Of a stretch of DNA of 64,000 bases, positions 9,849-18,189 are shown one piece after another. The position numbers and the translations under genes were made by a program. A model generated the notes under the pieces. That model worked only from the letters and a program-made list of their open reading frames with translations. It was not told the DNA's origin and did no database searches. The stretch is from a bacterium. Lineage in GTDB: Bacteria; Zhuqueibacterota; Zhuqueibacteria; Residuimicrobiales; Residuimicrobiaceae. Within the stretch, counting starts at the first letter, position 1. Every line of letters starts with the position of its first letter. The DNA is taken from assembly GCA_035353815.1 (NCBI GenBank), contig DAOQAG010000009.1:29691-93690 (forward strand), read 5' to 3'.

Positions 9849-10899
9849 GGTACGGCTTGGTCATATCAAACGAATCGGGATACGTGACGACAAACTGACG
9901 CGTGGTGTCCGCTGCCGGAACCCAGACATCCTTGTCGCGGTTGCACTCGTAGAGCTTGCGCACCCAGGTATCGAACTGGCGCTTGCCCTCGTGGAGGACA
10001 ATGACGCGGGCGCCGCGGCCGATATCACCATAGCACTGCCGGCCGCTGACATATCCGTAGGCCAGGCAGATGCCGTGCAGACAGCCGATATAATTGTTGC
10101 TGTGATCGTGGCCGGCGAAGAGACCCATCACATCGCCGCTCTCGAGCAGGGCGGCGTAGAGACCGGTATTGATGTCCGGCGAACAGACCTTTTCTCGCTG
10201 CAGCCCCACGGTCGTCTTCAAGCCGATGACCTCCTTGTATTCCGGCACGGGAATGTGCAGGAAGGCCAGTGCCGGAAGGGGCGTGCCGCCGTTCGCCGCG
10301 GTATACAGTCGGCTTTGGGCACGGTACCAGGCGATCTGGGAAAAATGCACCCATTCATATTCGCCGAGAGCAGATCCCTTGGGCCGCCCGGTGCCGGAAT
10401 CGAGGCCATAGAGAAGAGCGGCGGGCGCCTCCGTGCGGGAGGAGCGTATTTCGAGCACATAATTGCCATGGCGGTCGAGTGTGTCCGGACCATTCACCGT
10501 GAGGCAGCCGGGCCGGCCGGAGATGGCGGCGACGATCTCCGCGGGCGAGAGTTCGCCTTCCGGATCATGATTCCCGAGCACAACCGCCCAGGGGATCTGC
10601 GCGGCGGCGAGGAAACGGGCCACGGTCTCCCAGCCGCTGCGTCGATTCGCACCGGTGACGACATCTCCGGTGATGATGATCAGATCGGGCTTTTCGATCT
10701 CGAGCATCTTGCCCATCAGGACCAGTGCGCTATCGGAGCGATACGAATTGGCCTGAAAGTGGAGATCGGTGAACTGGACGATCTTGAAGTGGCCGTCGTG
10801 GAAACGCAGGGCGGCCGCGGGTGCGGACTCCTGCGCCCGCAGCGGTGCGAACGCCAGGAGGGCGGCAAGGAGGCAGGTGAAACGCGTGGACATGTTCAT
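9835..10899 (-). CDS. secreted calcineurin-like metallophosphoesterase
   Basis: Signal peptide MNMSTRFTCLLAALLAFAPLRAQ. Metallophosphatase motifs are present: VQFTDLH, ITGDVV, VLGNHD, FLHIP, GHDHSNNY. The start may be ATG 10899 or ATG 10893 (AAGGA upstream). The 3-prime end overlaps the HTCS start by 14 nt. Confidence 0.8.
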   Translation of the reverse strand: MNMSTRFTCLLAALLAFAPLRAQESAPAAALRFHDGHFKIVQFTDLHFQANSYRSDSALVLMGKMLEIEKPDLIIITGDVVTGANRRSGWETVARFLAAAQIPWAVVLGNHDPEGELSPAEIVAAISGRPGCLTVNGPDTLDRHGNYVLEIRSSRTEAPAALLYGLDSGTGRPKGSALGEYEWVHFSQIAWYRAQSRLYTAANGGTPLPALAFLHIPVPEYKEVIGLKTTVGLQREKVCSPDINTGLYAALLESGDVMGLFAGHDHSNNYIGCLHGICLAYGYVSGRQCYGDIGRGARVIVLHEGKRQFDTWVRKLYECNRDKDVWVPAADTTRQFVVTYPDSFDMTKPYHADH

Positions 10900-10952
10900 T
10901 TCCTTTTCATGGTTCCATCATCAGGGTGGTGCAGGCGTCGATGCGCGCCCGG

Positions 10953-11819
10953 TTAATGTACTGCGGCCCCGGCCTCGCCCCGCTGGGCATCCAGGAAGAG
11001 GGCCGCGGCCCCGAAGAGCGCCGCATGCGCCAGATCCGAAACCTCAAGGCGGAGGCGCTCCAGGGAGTGGGTATAGGCAAACGCGGTGAGCCCCTCCCGC
11101 AAAGCCTCGGCGAAAAATGCGTACGAGCGGCTGACCGAGCCGCCCAAGACGATGACCTCGGGGTCCAGGGCGTAGAGGACCATCTTGACCGCCTCGGCCA
11201 GATGGGCGCCGAACTCGGCAAAGAGGGCGAGGCTCTCGCTTTCACCGCAGGCGGCGGCCGCCGCGACCTCCTCGCCGCTGCGCCCATGCTGCCGCTGGAA
11301 GAACTGGCCGCAGCTGTAGTGTTCGAGGATCGTATCCTTGTAAGGAAGCATGCCGAACTCTCCGGCCCCGCAATTGGCACCGCTGTAGAGTCCGCCATTG
11401 GTAATGATCCCGGCACCGAGCCCGGTGCCGATGATGAGCCCGACCGCAGCGCGGCAGCCGCGGGCTTTGCCGAAATAGAGCTCCCCCACGGCAAAACAGT
11501 TGGCATCGTTGTTGACAAAGACCGGGAGGTTGAACCGCTGCTGCAGGATTTCCGCGAGATGCACCTGCCGCCAGCTCGGGATATTGACCACATCATAGAC
11601 AATACCGCGTTCGGTATCGACCAGTCCGGGCACGCCGATGCCGATGCCGGCCACTTCAGCGGAACACACCTCCGTGATGGTCTGGCAGAGCTCCTCGAGG
11701 ATCTCCTCCTCACCACCGCCGGGACGGACCCGTCGCGCGGCGGTGGCGGCCACGGCGCCATCGGCGATCCGGCCCGCCCGCATGTTGGTGCCGCCGAGAT
11801 CAACTCCGATGATCTGCAT
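10953..11819 (-). CDS. ROK-family sugar kinase (no N-terminal HTH; hexokinase of unknown specificity)
   Basis: IGVDLGGTNMRAG (phosphate-1), VNNDANCFAVGE, GLIIGTGLGAGII, GAGEFG. Length is 288 aa with no winged-helix extension. The start overlaps the upstream MFS gene by 20 nt. Confidence 0.82.
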   Translation of the reverse strand: MQIIGVDLGGTNMRAGRIADGAVAATAARRVRPGGGEEEILEELCQTITEVCSAEVAGIGIGVPGLVDTERGIVYDVVNIPSWRQVHLAEILQQRFNLPVFVNNDANCFAVGELYFGKARGCRAAVGLIIGTGLGAGIITNGGLYSGANCGAGEFGMLPYKDTILEHYSCGQFFQRQHGRSGEEVAAAAACGESESLALFAEFGAHLAEAVKMVLYALDPEVIVLGGSVSRSYAFFAEALREGLTAFAYTHSLERLRLEVSDLAHAALFGAAALFLDAQRGEAGAAVH

Positions 11820-13074
11820 GCTTTTTCTCCCGGCTTTGCGCCACGGTTTCGTTCTGGATCAGGGGTTTGGCCCAAAGTCCGACGCTGAGGATGTAGGCCA
11901 GGGTGATGTAGAGAAAGGTCATGCCGATGCGCAGGCCGAACCAGTCGCCGAGCCGGCCGATCACCAGTGGCAAAAGGGCGCCGCCAGCGATGCCGGTGCA
12001 GAGAATCCCGGAAAAACTGCCATGATGTTCCGAGACCGAATTGAGGGCCAGGGAAAAGATGATCGACCACATCACGGAGAGGCCAAAACCGAGAAGGGGA
12101 AAAGCATAACGCGCCAGCGAGACCGGGCCGAAAAGAGCCGCCGTCAGCAGCACCATCGCCGCCACGGTGAACCCGACCAGCACTGCGCGGCTGTCGAAGA
12201 GCTTGAGGAGCAGCAAACCGAGAAAGCAGCCGGCGGTCATCAGCCCCCAGAACCATGCTACGCTCGAAGCCCCGACGGTCTGGGGATCAAGGCCATGATA
12301 GGTTTGCAGAAATTTGGACATCCAGTTGGCGATCCCCTGCTCGGTGCCGACATAGGCAAATATGCCGATAAAGAAGAGGATCACGGTCTTTTGCTTGAAG
12401 AGGTGCACATGGGTCGCCCAGGCGCCGGCGCGTTCATCCTCCTTCCGGGTCACCTCCGGAAACCGGCTGGCCAGCATGACCAGCACCATGATCAGCGTCA
12501 CCGCCGCGATGACCCAATAGAGCGAGCTCCACGGCAGCTCGCGCGGCACCAGCCGGGCCAGCACGCCGGTAAATCCGCCCCCGGCTGCAGCGGCCGGGTC
12601 CGCCAGCGTCCGCACCATGTGGCTGTAGACAAAGGGACTGAGGAAAGAGGCGAGCCCGAAGATCAGCTGCGCCAGGACCGAATTGAAGGCAAAATGCTCC
12701 TCCCCCCCCGCGGCCCGCAGCAAGGGATTGATCGCCACCTGCAGCGTCGCCATGCCGGCGCCGAGCAGGAAAAGCGAGATCAGGGCGACGGAGTAGACGG
12801 GATGGAGCGCAAAAAGCAGCGCGCCGATGAAAGCCGAGATAAAGGCGGCGGTCATCACCCGTTTCTCGCGATAGCGTTCCAGCAGCATGCCCGAGGGAAT
12901 CGACATCACCCCGTAGGCAATGAAAAAGGCGAACGGCAGCAGTGCGACCATGGTCAGGCTCAGGTTAAAGCTGCTGATGATATCCGGGATCAGCGGACCG
13001 AGGATGTTGGTAAGAAAGGAGATAACAAAAAAGACCAGCATGACCAGACCGACGAGAAAGTAATTGCGCTTCAT
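11800..13074 (-). CDS. MFS sugar:H+ symporter, FucP/GluP (fucose/glucose-galactose) family
   Basis: ATG at 13074 (GAAGGAG upstream); the track extension to 13275 is non-membrane junk. About 12 hydrophobic segments. FucP-like N-terminus FFVISFLTNILGPLIPDIISSFNLS and GAGMATLQVAINPLL. Confidence 0.82.
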   Translation of the reverse strand: MKRNYFLVGLVMLVFFVISFLTNILGPLIPDIISSFNLSLTMVALLPFAFFIAYGVMSIPSGMLLERYREKRVMTAAFISAFIGALLFALHPVYSVALISLFLLGAGMATLQVAINPLLRAAGGEEHFAFNSVLAQLIFGLASFLSPFVYSHMVRTLADPAAAAGGGFTGVLARLVPRELPWSSLYWVIAAVTLIMVLVMLASRFPEVTRKEDERAGAWATHVHLFKQKTVILFFIGIFAYVGTEQGIANWMSKFLQTYHGLDPQTVGASSVAWFWGLMTAGCFLGLLLLKLFDSRAVLVGFTVAAMVLLTAALFGPVSLARYAFPLLGFGLSVMWSIIFSLALNSVSEHHGSFSGILCTGIAGGALLPLVIGRLGDWFGLRIGMTFLYITLAYILSVGLWAKPLIQNETVAQSREKKHADHRS

Positions 13075-13184
13075 AAAACCTCTCTTCTCCTTCACAGGGT
13101 ACAGGGGTATCTGAACAGTTCCGGCCGTCTGTTCTGTTCTGGCACCATTGAAAAAAGATCCAGCCTTCCCATGGTGCAGCGGTA

Positions 13185-14216
13185 TCAGAACAGTTCCGGT
13201 ATCAGGAGTGAAAAGATCAGCACCGCCATGCCCAGTACGAGCACGACGATCGTCTCCTCTTTGGCCCCCCGCCACTCCTTGAGAATAATCCCCCAGATGT
13301 TGCTGAACAGGATATTGAGCGACATCAGGATGCTCCAGGAGAAGGCCATCATCACGCTGCCTTCAACCAGAAAACTCTTTCCCAGCGCCAGTCCAAAAAA
13401 CTGCGAATACCAGAGCGCGCCGGCGAGGGCGGAGAAGAGCAGGTTGTTGGCGGCAGCCCCGCCCGGTCTTTGCAGATAATCCCGATAGCTCTTGTTTTTG
13501 ATGTTCTGCCACACGCAGTACAGGGCATTGGTCAGGAATCCACCCAGGGTGATCATGCAGATCCCGGGCAGCCCCGCCACCAGGCTCTTTGCGCCCGCAC
13601 CCAGGGCCGCGGCCTGGATCGGCTCGGCTGCCGCAAGGCCGAGGCTGAAGCAGGCGCTCATCACCCCCGCGAGGAGGGCGACGAGCAACCCCTTGCCGAG
13701 GGCAAAGTCCTTGACGGCGGCACGCTGCTGCTCTGCGGTCATGTTGCGGGCGCGCAGGCCTGCAGCGTAGCCGATCACGGCGATGCCGGCGATGGCCACA
13801 CTGACACCAGCCAGCAGCACCAGCCCCGCGCCGTGCAGCAGATCCCGCCCGGCCATCAACGCCGGAATCAGGGTGCCAAAGGCCGAACAGGTGCCCAGGG
13901 CAATGGACTGCCCGAGCGCGACCCCGAGATAACGCATGCTCAAGCCGAAGGTCAGCCCCCCGATGCCCCAAAGCGCGCCGAAAACGGCGGCCTGGAGCGC
14001 CGCACCGCTGCCGGCGGCGAGAATATCGCCCAGGGTGTGCCCGGCGGGAACGCCCAGCAGCGCCCCCAGCCAGGGAAAAACCAGCCAGGCGAAGAGGCCC
14101 TGGACGAGCCAAAAGCTCTCCCAGGCCCAGTTCTTCACTTTCCGGATGGGCACATACGAACTGCTCTGGCCCATGCTGCCGATGGCGATGATCAATAATC
14201 CGATGCAAGTCTTCAT
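13185..14216 (-). CDS. rhaT: L-rhamnose-proton symporter RhaT
   Basis: Close resemblance to the RhaT N-terminus (SYVPIRKVKNWAWESFWLVQGLFAWLVFPW) and its 10-TM layout, with size about 343 aa. Adjacent to rhaA/rhaB. The start is ambiguous: ATG 14216 is preferred by alignment with RhaT, and ATG 14243 is possible. Confidence 0.85.
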   Translation of the reverse strand: MKTCIGLLIIAIGSMGQSSSYVPIRKVKNWAWESFWLVQGLFAWLVFPWLGALLGVPAGHTLGDILAAGSGAALQAAVFGALWGIGGLTFGLSMRYLGVALGQSIALGTCSAFGTLIPALMAGRDLLHGAGLVLLAGVSVAIAGIAVIGYAAGLRARNMTAEQQRAAVKDFALGKGLLVALLAGVMSACFSLGLAAAEPIQAAALGAGAKSLVAGLPGICMITLGGFLTNALYCVWQNIKNKSYRDYLQRPGGAAANNLLFSALAGALWYSQFFGLALGKSFLVEGSVMMAFSWSILMSLNILFSNIWGIILKEWRGAKEETIVVLVLGMAVLIFSLLIPELF

Positions 14217-14282
14217 GATGGTCTGTCCGTGGTTAAGGTCCATGGCCGCGGCGCCGGAGGCCCGGCAAGCTTCGCAGCCCGG

Positions 14283-15545
14283 TCAGACGCGCCGGGAAAG
14301 TACCTCGTGCTCATAGCGCTGCACGGCGTCGATGAGGGCCGTGCCGGCGACGACGCCCTGGCTGGCGCAATAATAGGCATAGACGGCCGCCCATGGCAAC
14401 GCCTTCGACTCTTCCAGCAGGGCCAGGCGCTCAAAATTTTGCCCATGGGCCTCGAATTCCCGCAGCCGCTCGATCGGCTCGAGCAGGGCTTGGAGGAACG
14501 CTTTCTGGGTGGCCCGGACGCCGATGACATAGGCGCCGATGCGGTTGATCGAGGCATCGAAGTAATCGAGGCCGATATGGACGCGCTCCACGGCGTCGGC
14601 GCGAACGATTTCCTGGCCCAGGGCGAGCAGCTCATCATCGAGAATCACCACATGGTCGCTATCCCAGCGCACACCGCGCGAGACGTGGAGCATAACTTCC
14701 GGCAGGAAGAGCAGCAGGGCGGAGATCTTGTCCGAGACCACCTCGGTCGGATGGAAATGACCGGTATCGAGAGTGACAACTACCTTGTTGCGCACACCAT
14801 AGCCCATATAGAATTCGTGCGAGCCTACCGTGTAGCTTTCGCAGCCGATACCGAAGAGCTTGCTCTCGATGCAATCCTGCATCCAGGCGGCATTGGCTGG
14901 ATAGGCAAAGATCTGATCCAGGGAATCGCACAGGTTGCGGCGGTAAAGCAGGCGGTCGACGGTGAGATCCTTGCTGCCGTCGGGGATCCAGATGTTATGC
15001 ATGCATTTCGATCCCAACTGCCGGCCCATCTCCTCAGCGATCTTGCGACAGCGGATGACGTGTTCGATCCAGAAGGCGCGAATGGCGGGATCGCGATGGG
15101 AGAGGGTAAAGCCGTCCGCCGATTTCGCGTGCGAAAAGCAGGTGCAGTTAAAGTCCAGGGCATAGTTCCGGGCTTTGGCCCAGTCGATCCAGCTCTGGAA
15201 GTGGGCCGGTTCGATCTGGTCGCGGTCGATGCGCTGCCCGCCAAAGTCACCGTAAAAGGCATGGAGATTGACACGGTGCGGCCCCGGGATCAGGGCCATG
15301 GCGGCTTCGATGTCCGCGCGCAGTTCGCTGATGGTGCGCGCCTTGCCGGGATAATGACCCGTCGCCTGAATGCCGCCGCTGAGGCCGCCCTCCGGATTTT
15401 CGAATCCGGCGACATCGTCGGCCTGCCAGCAGTGCAGCGAGATGGGCAGGCGCTCCATCAGGGCGAGGGCGCGATGCACATCGACGCCGATGGTGGCATA
15501 CTGCGCGGCCGCCCCTGCAAATTCCTGTTCAATGTGTGGATTCAT
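14283..15545 (-). CDS. rhaA: L-rhamnose isomerase
   Basis: About 420 aa with characteristic RhaA sequence (ISLHCWQADDVAGFE, VNLHAFY, DFNCTCFSH, TLDTGHFHPTE, RGVRWDSDHVV). ATG at 15545 has GGAGA 9 nt upstream. The upstream 180 codons of track ORF 14283..16103 are out-of-gene. Overlaps the rhaB stop by 17 nt. Confidence 0.92.
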   Translation of the reverse strand: MNPHIEQEFAGAAAQYATIGVDVHRALALMERLPISLHCWQADDVAGFENPEGGLSGGIQATGHYPGKARTISELRADIEAAMALIPGPHRVNLHAFYGDFGGQRIDRDQIEPAHFQSWIDWAKARNYALDFNCTCFSHAKSADGFTLSHRDPAIRAFWIEHVIRCRKIAEEMGRQLGSKCMHNIWIPDGSKDLTVDRLLYRRNLCDSLDQIFAYPANAAWMQDCIESKLFGIGCESYTVGSHEFYMGYGVRNKVVVTLDTGHFHPTEVVSDKISALLLFLPEVMLHVSRGVRWDSDHVVILDDELLALGQEIVRADAVERVHIGLDYFDASINRIGAYVIGVRATQKAFLQALLEPIERLREFEAHGQNFERLALLEESKALPWAAVYAYYCASQGVVAGTALIDAVQRYEHEVLSRRV

Positions 15546-17046
15546 GTCGGGATTCTCCATTCCGTGTTGATTGCGTGATGACCTTGAGATAGCGTTCATA
15601 TGACCGGGTCCAGTCCTGCTGCTGTTCGGGCTGATAGTTCTGCACCGCCACCGCCGCGCGGATGCAGGCGCGCATGGCCTGACGGTCGGGAAAGAGTCCG
15701 GCACTGCGCGCCTGGACCATGATATTGCCGATGGCGGTGGCTTCGGAGGGGCCGGCCACGACCGGGATGCCGAGGGCATTGGCGGTGAACTGGTTAAGCA
15801 AGGCGTTCTGCGATCCGCCGCCGATGACATGGAGCCTGGTAATGGGAAATCCCGCCAGGTGGCGCAGGCTCTCGAAGACCTGCCGGTAGCGCAGGGCGAG
15901 GCTCTCGAAAATGGTGCGGGTGATCTCGCCCCGGCTTTGCGGCGCCGGCTGGCCGGTGCGCTCGCAAAAGTGGCGGATCGCTGCGACCATATCGGGCGGA
16001 TTGGCAAAACCGGCGTCATCCGGATCGATTGAGGCGGCGAACGGCGGCGCGGCTTCGGCTTCGGCAACCAGGCGAGGGTAGGCATTGGCATCGGCGTCCC
16101 CACCCCATTGTGCGCGGCAGCGCTCGAGCAGCCAGAGCCCGCAGATGTTTTTCAGGAAGCGGATCGTCCCGTCAATGCCGCCTTCATTGGTAAAATTGAG
16201 CGCAAAGCTCTCCTCATCGATAATGGGCGCCGGGCTTTCGATCCCCATCAGCGACCAGGTCCCCGAGCTCAGGTAGGCGAAATGGGCGTCGCTGGCCGGA
16301 ACCGCAGCTACCGCGGCGGCAGTATCATGCCCGGCGACCGCGATCACAGGCACCGGCCCCAGGCCGGTCTGTTTTTGCACTGCAGCGGTCAGGGTGCCGA
16401 TGACCTCCCCCGGCAGGAGCATCCGCCCGAAGCGGGATTCGTCCATCCCCAGTGCCTCCAGAAGGGTCCGGTCGAATGTTTTGCTGCGCGCATCGAGCAG
16501 CTGTGAGGTCGAGGCGATAGTATACTCAGCCGCCATTTCCCCGGTCAGCATATAGGAAAAGGCATCGGGCATAAAGAGCACCTTGGCTGCTGCGGCGAGC
16601 GCAGCGGAGTGGTGCGCGCGCATGGCGTGCAGCTGGAAGAGCGAGTTGAAATTCATGAACTGAATGCCGGTGGTGCGGTAAACCTCGTCCCGCGGAACGA
16701 TCCTGAAAAAGCTCTCCTGAGCGCCGGCGGTATGGGGATCGCGATAACTGTAGGGATTGCCGAGTAATTCACCGTTCGGCGCAAAGCAGACAAAATCGAC
16801 GCCCCAGGTATCGATGCCGATGGAGGTGATGGCGATCTGTCGCTCCGCAGCGAGGTGGAGCCCCTCAAGGATAGCCTGATAGAGGCCAAGAAAATCCCAG
16901 TAATAATGGCCGTTCGCGGTGATGATCTTGTTGGGAAAGCGGCTCAATTCCTGCAGCTCCAGCCTGCCCTCCCCAACCGATCCGAGGATGAGGCGCCCGC
17001 TGGTGGCGCCGAGATCCACGGCGATAAAGTTCCTGGCTGTTGTCAT
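15529..17046 (-). CDS. rhaB: rhamnulokinase (FGGY family)
   Basis: NFIAVDLGATSGRLILG, IGIDTWGVDF, SSGTWSLMG, HVIGGGSQNALLNQFTANALG. Length 505 aa. ATG at 17046 with AAGGA upstream. Confidence 0.9.
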   Translation of the reverse strand: MTTARNFIAVDLGATSGRLILGSVGEGRLELQELSRFPNKIITANGHYYWDFLGLYQAILEGLHLAAERQIAITSIGIDTWGVDFVCFAPNGELLGNPYSYRDPHTAGAQESFFRIVPRDEVYRTTGIQFMNFNSLFQLHAMRAHHSAALAAAAKVLFMPDAFSYMLTGEMAAEYTIASTSQLLDARSKTFDRTLLEALGMDESRFGRMLLPGEVIGTLTAAVQKQTGLGPVPVIAVAGHDTAAAVAAVPASDAHFAYLSSGTWSLMGIESPAPIIDEESFALNFTNEGGIDGTIRFLKNICGLWLLERCRAQWGGDADANAYPRLVAEAEAAPPFAASIDPDDAGFANPPDMVAAIRHFCERTGQPAPQSRGEITRTIFESLALRYRQVFESLRHLAGFPITRLHVIGGGSQNALLNQFTANALGIPVVAGPSEATAIGNIMVQARSAGLFPDRQAMRACIRAAVAVQNYQPEQQQDWTRSYERYLKVITQSTRNGESRHESTH

Positions 17047-17341
17047 GACCACACCATTCCTTCTGCGATATCGGGAGCACCCTCTCCCTGTCCTGCTGCA
17101 ACGATCCGTCCGCGCGGCCGCTCTTTTTTGCTTGATCGCGATGCCCTGAGGCACTAAATTGGCATGCTGCAACGAAAAGCGTCCAACCTCACCCTTAACT
17201 GTGCTGAAAAGGGATCACGATGCTGTGCGGTTTCCCGGTCCGGCTTGTCGCCCTCATAGCCGCCGCATCGCAGGGCCAGGGACCCCTCCTTCAGCGTGTG
17301 CACCGCAACCGAACCACAACCTTGCGCCGGGCCAAAAGAGA

Positions 17342-18010
17342 ATGAAAAACAAGCGCATCCTTCCTATCTTGATTCCGGCCACTGCATTGGCCACGCTGTT
17401 CCTTCCCCGGGCTGGGGCTGGCTGGCACGGGCTGATCTACTTCTTCAAACCGCTGACGACCGGGCTCATTTTGCTGCTGGCGTTGAGTCCGGGCTCCGCG
17501 GCGGGGCATCCCTGCCGCCGCCCGGTCGCCGTGGGCCTGCTCTTTTCGCTGACGGGCGATATCTTGCTCATGCTGCCCCGGCAGATCTTTATCGGCGGGC
17601 TGGCCGCCTTCTTCCTCGCTCACCTCTGCTATCTCCGCGCCTTCACGCGTGATGTGCCGTTCCTGCCGCGGCGATCGCCTCTGCTTCTGCTCATGCCGGC
17701 CCTGGCGGTTTTGCGGTTGATCTGGCCGGGAGTTCCCCTCGCCCTGCGCCTGCCGGTCCTGCTCTATCTGGCGGTCCTCTCTGCCCTGGCCGTACAGTGC
17801 TGCGGCCGCGCCTTGACGCTCCGGAACCGCTCGGGCAGGCTGGCGGCCGCCGGCGCCCTGCTGTTCTTCTGTTCCGACGCCCTGCTGGCCGTCAACCGGT
17901 TCGCCATGCCGCTCCCATCGGCCGGGCTGTGGATCCTGGGCACCTATTATCCAGCGCAGTGGCTCCTGGCCGCCGCGGTGCAGAGCGATCAGCCGGCTGC
18001 GGGCCAATGA
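17342..18010 (+). CDS. YhhN-family membrane protein (lysoplasmalogenase-like)
   Basis: Multi-TM 222-aa protein with YhhN motifs: FFKPLTTGLILLL, SLTGDILLML, FFLAHLCYLRAF, LLFFCSDALLAVNRF. ATG at 17342; the track extension from 17159 is non-membrane. Confidence 0.75.
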   Translation: MKNKRILPILIPATALATLFLPRAGAGWHGLIYFFKPLTTGLILLLALSPGSAAGHPCRRPVAVGLLFSLTGDILLMLPRQIFIGGLAAFFLAHLCYLRAFTRDVPFLPRRSPLLLLMPALAVLRLIWPGVPLALRLPVLLYLAVLSALAVQCCGRALTLRNRSGRLAAAGALLFFCSDALLAVNRFAMPLPSAGLWILGTYYPAQWLLAAAVQSDQPAAGQ

Positions 18011-18019
18011 GCGCTACCC

Positions 18020-18112
18020 TTTGCGCTGAAACCCCTTGTCCAGGATTTCATCTGGGCTGAAACCCCTTGCATCGGGTGCCATCTGTGCTGAAATCCTTGT
18101 ATCCGCAGCTGC
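18020..18112. repeat. three tandem 31-bp imperfect repeats (core GCTGAAAYCC(C)CTTG)
   Basis: Units are 18020-18050, 18051-18081 and 18082-18112. The core GCTGAAACCCCTTG occurs at 18025 and 18056, and GCTGAAATCCTTG at 18087. They lie in the convergent intergenic space between yhhN-like and ROK genes. Confidence 0.8.
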
Positions 18113-18189
18113 CGGGTCGGTCAACATCTTCTCCCCGGCCTTGAGGACCACGCAGAGAAATCCAGCTTCTTCCCCGCCGCCCGTCCGGA

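Noticed and set aside
15546-16103. N-terminal extensions offered by the ORF track (for example rhaA to 16103, TBDR to 5700, MFS to 13275, rhaB to 17172, GH92 to 25320, GH28 to 26806, yhhN-like from 17159, GH3 from 60169)
   Set aside because: The extensions are Arg/Pro/Ser-rich, overlap the upstream gene, and lack an RBS. Internal ATGs align with family N-termini or signal peptides and have SD sites. Some track 'M' starts are actually GTG or TTG (20466, 41242, 52302, 50411).
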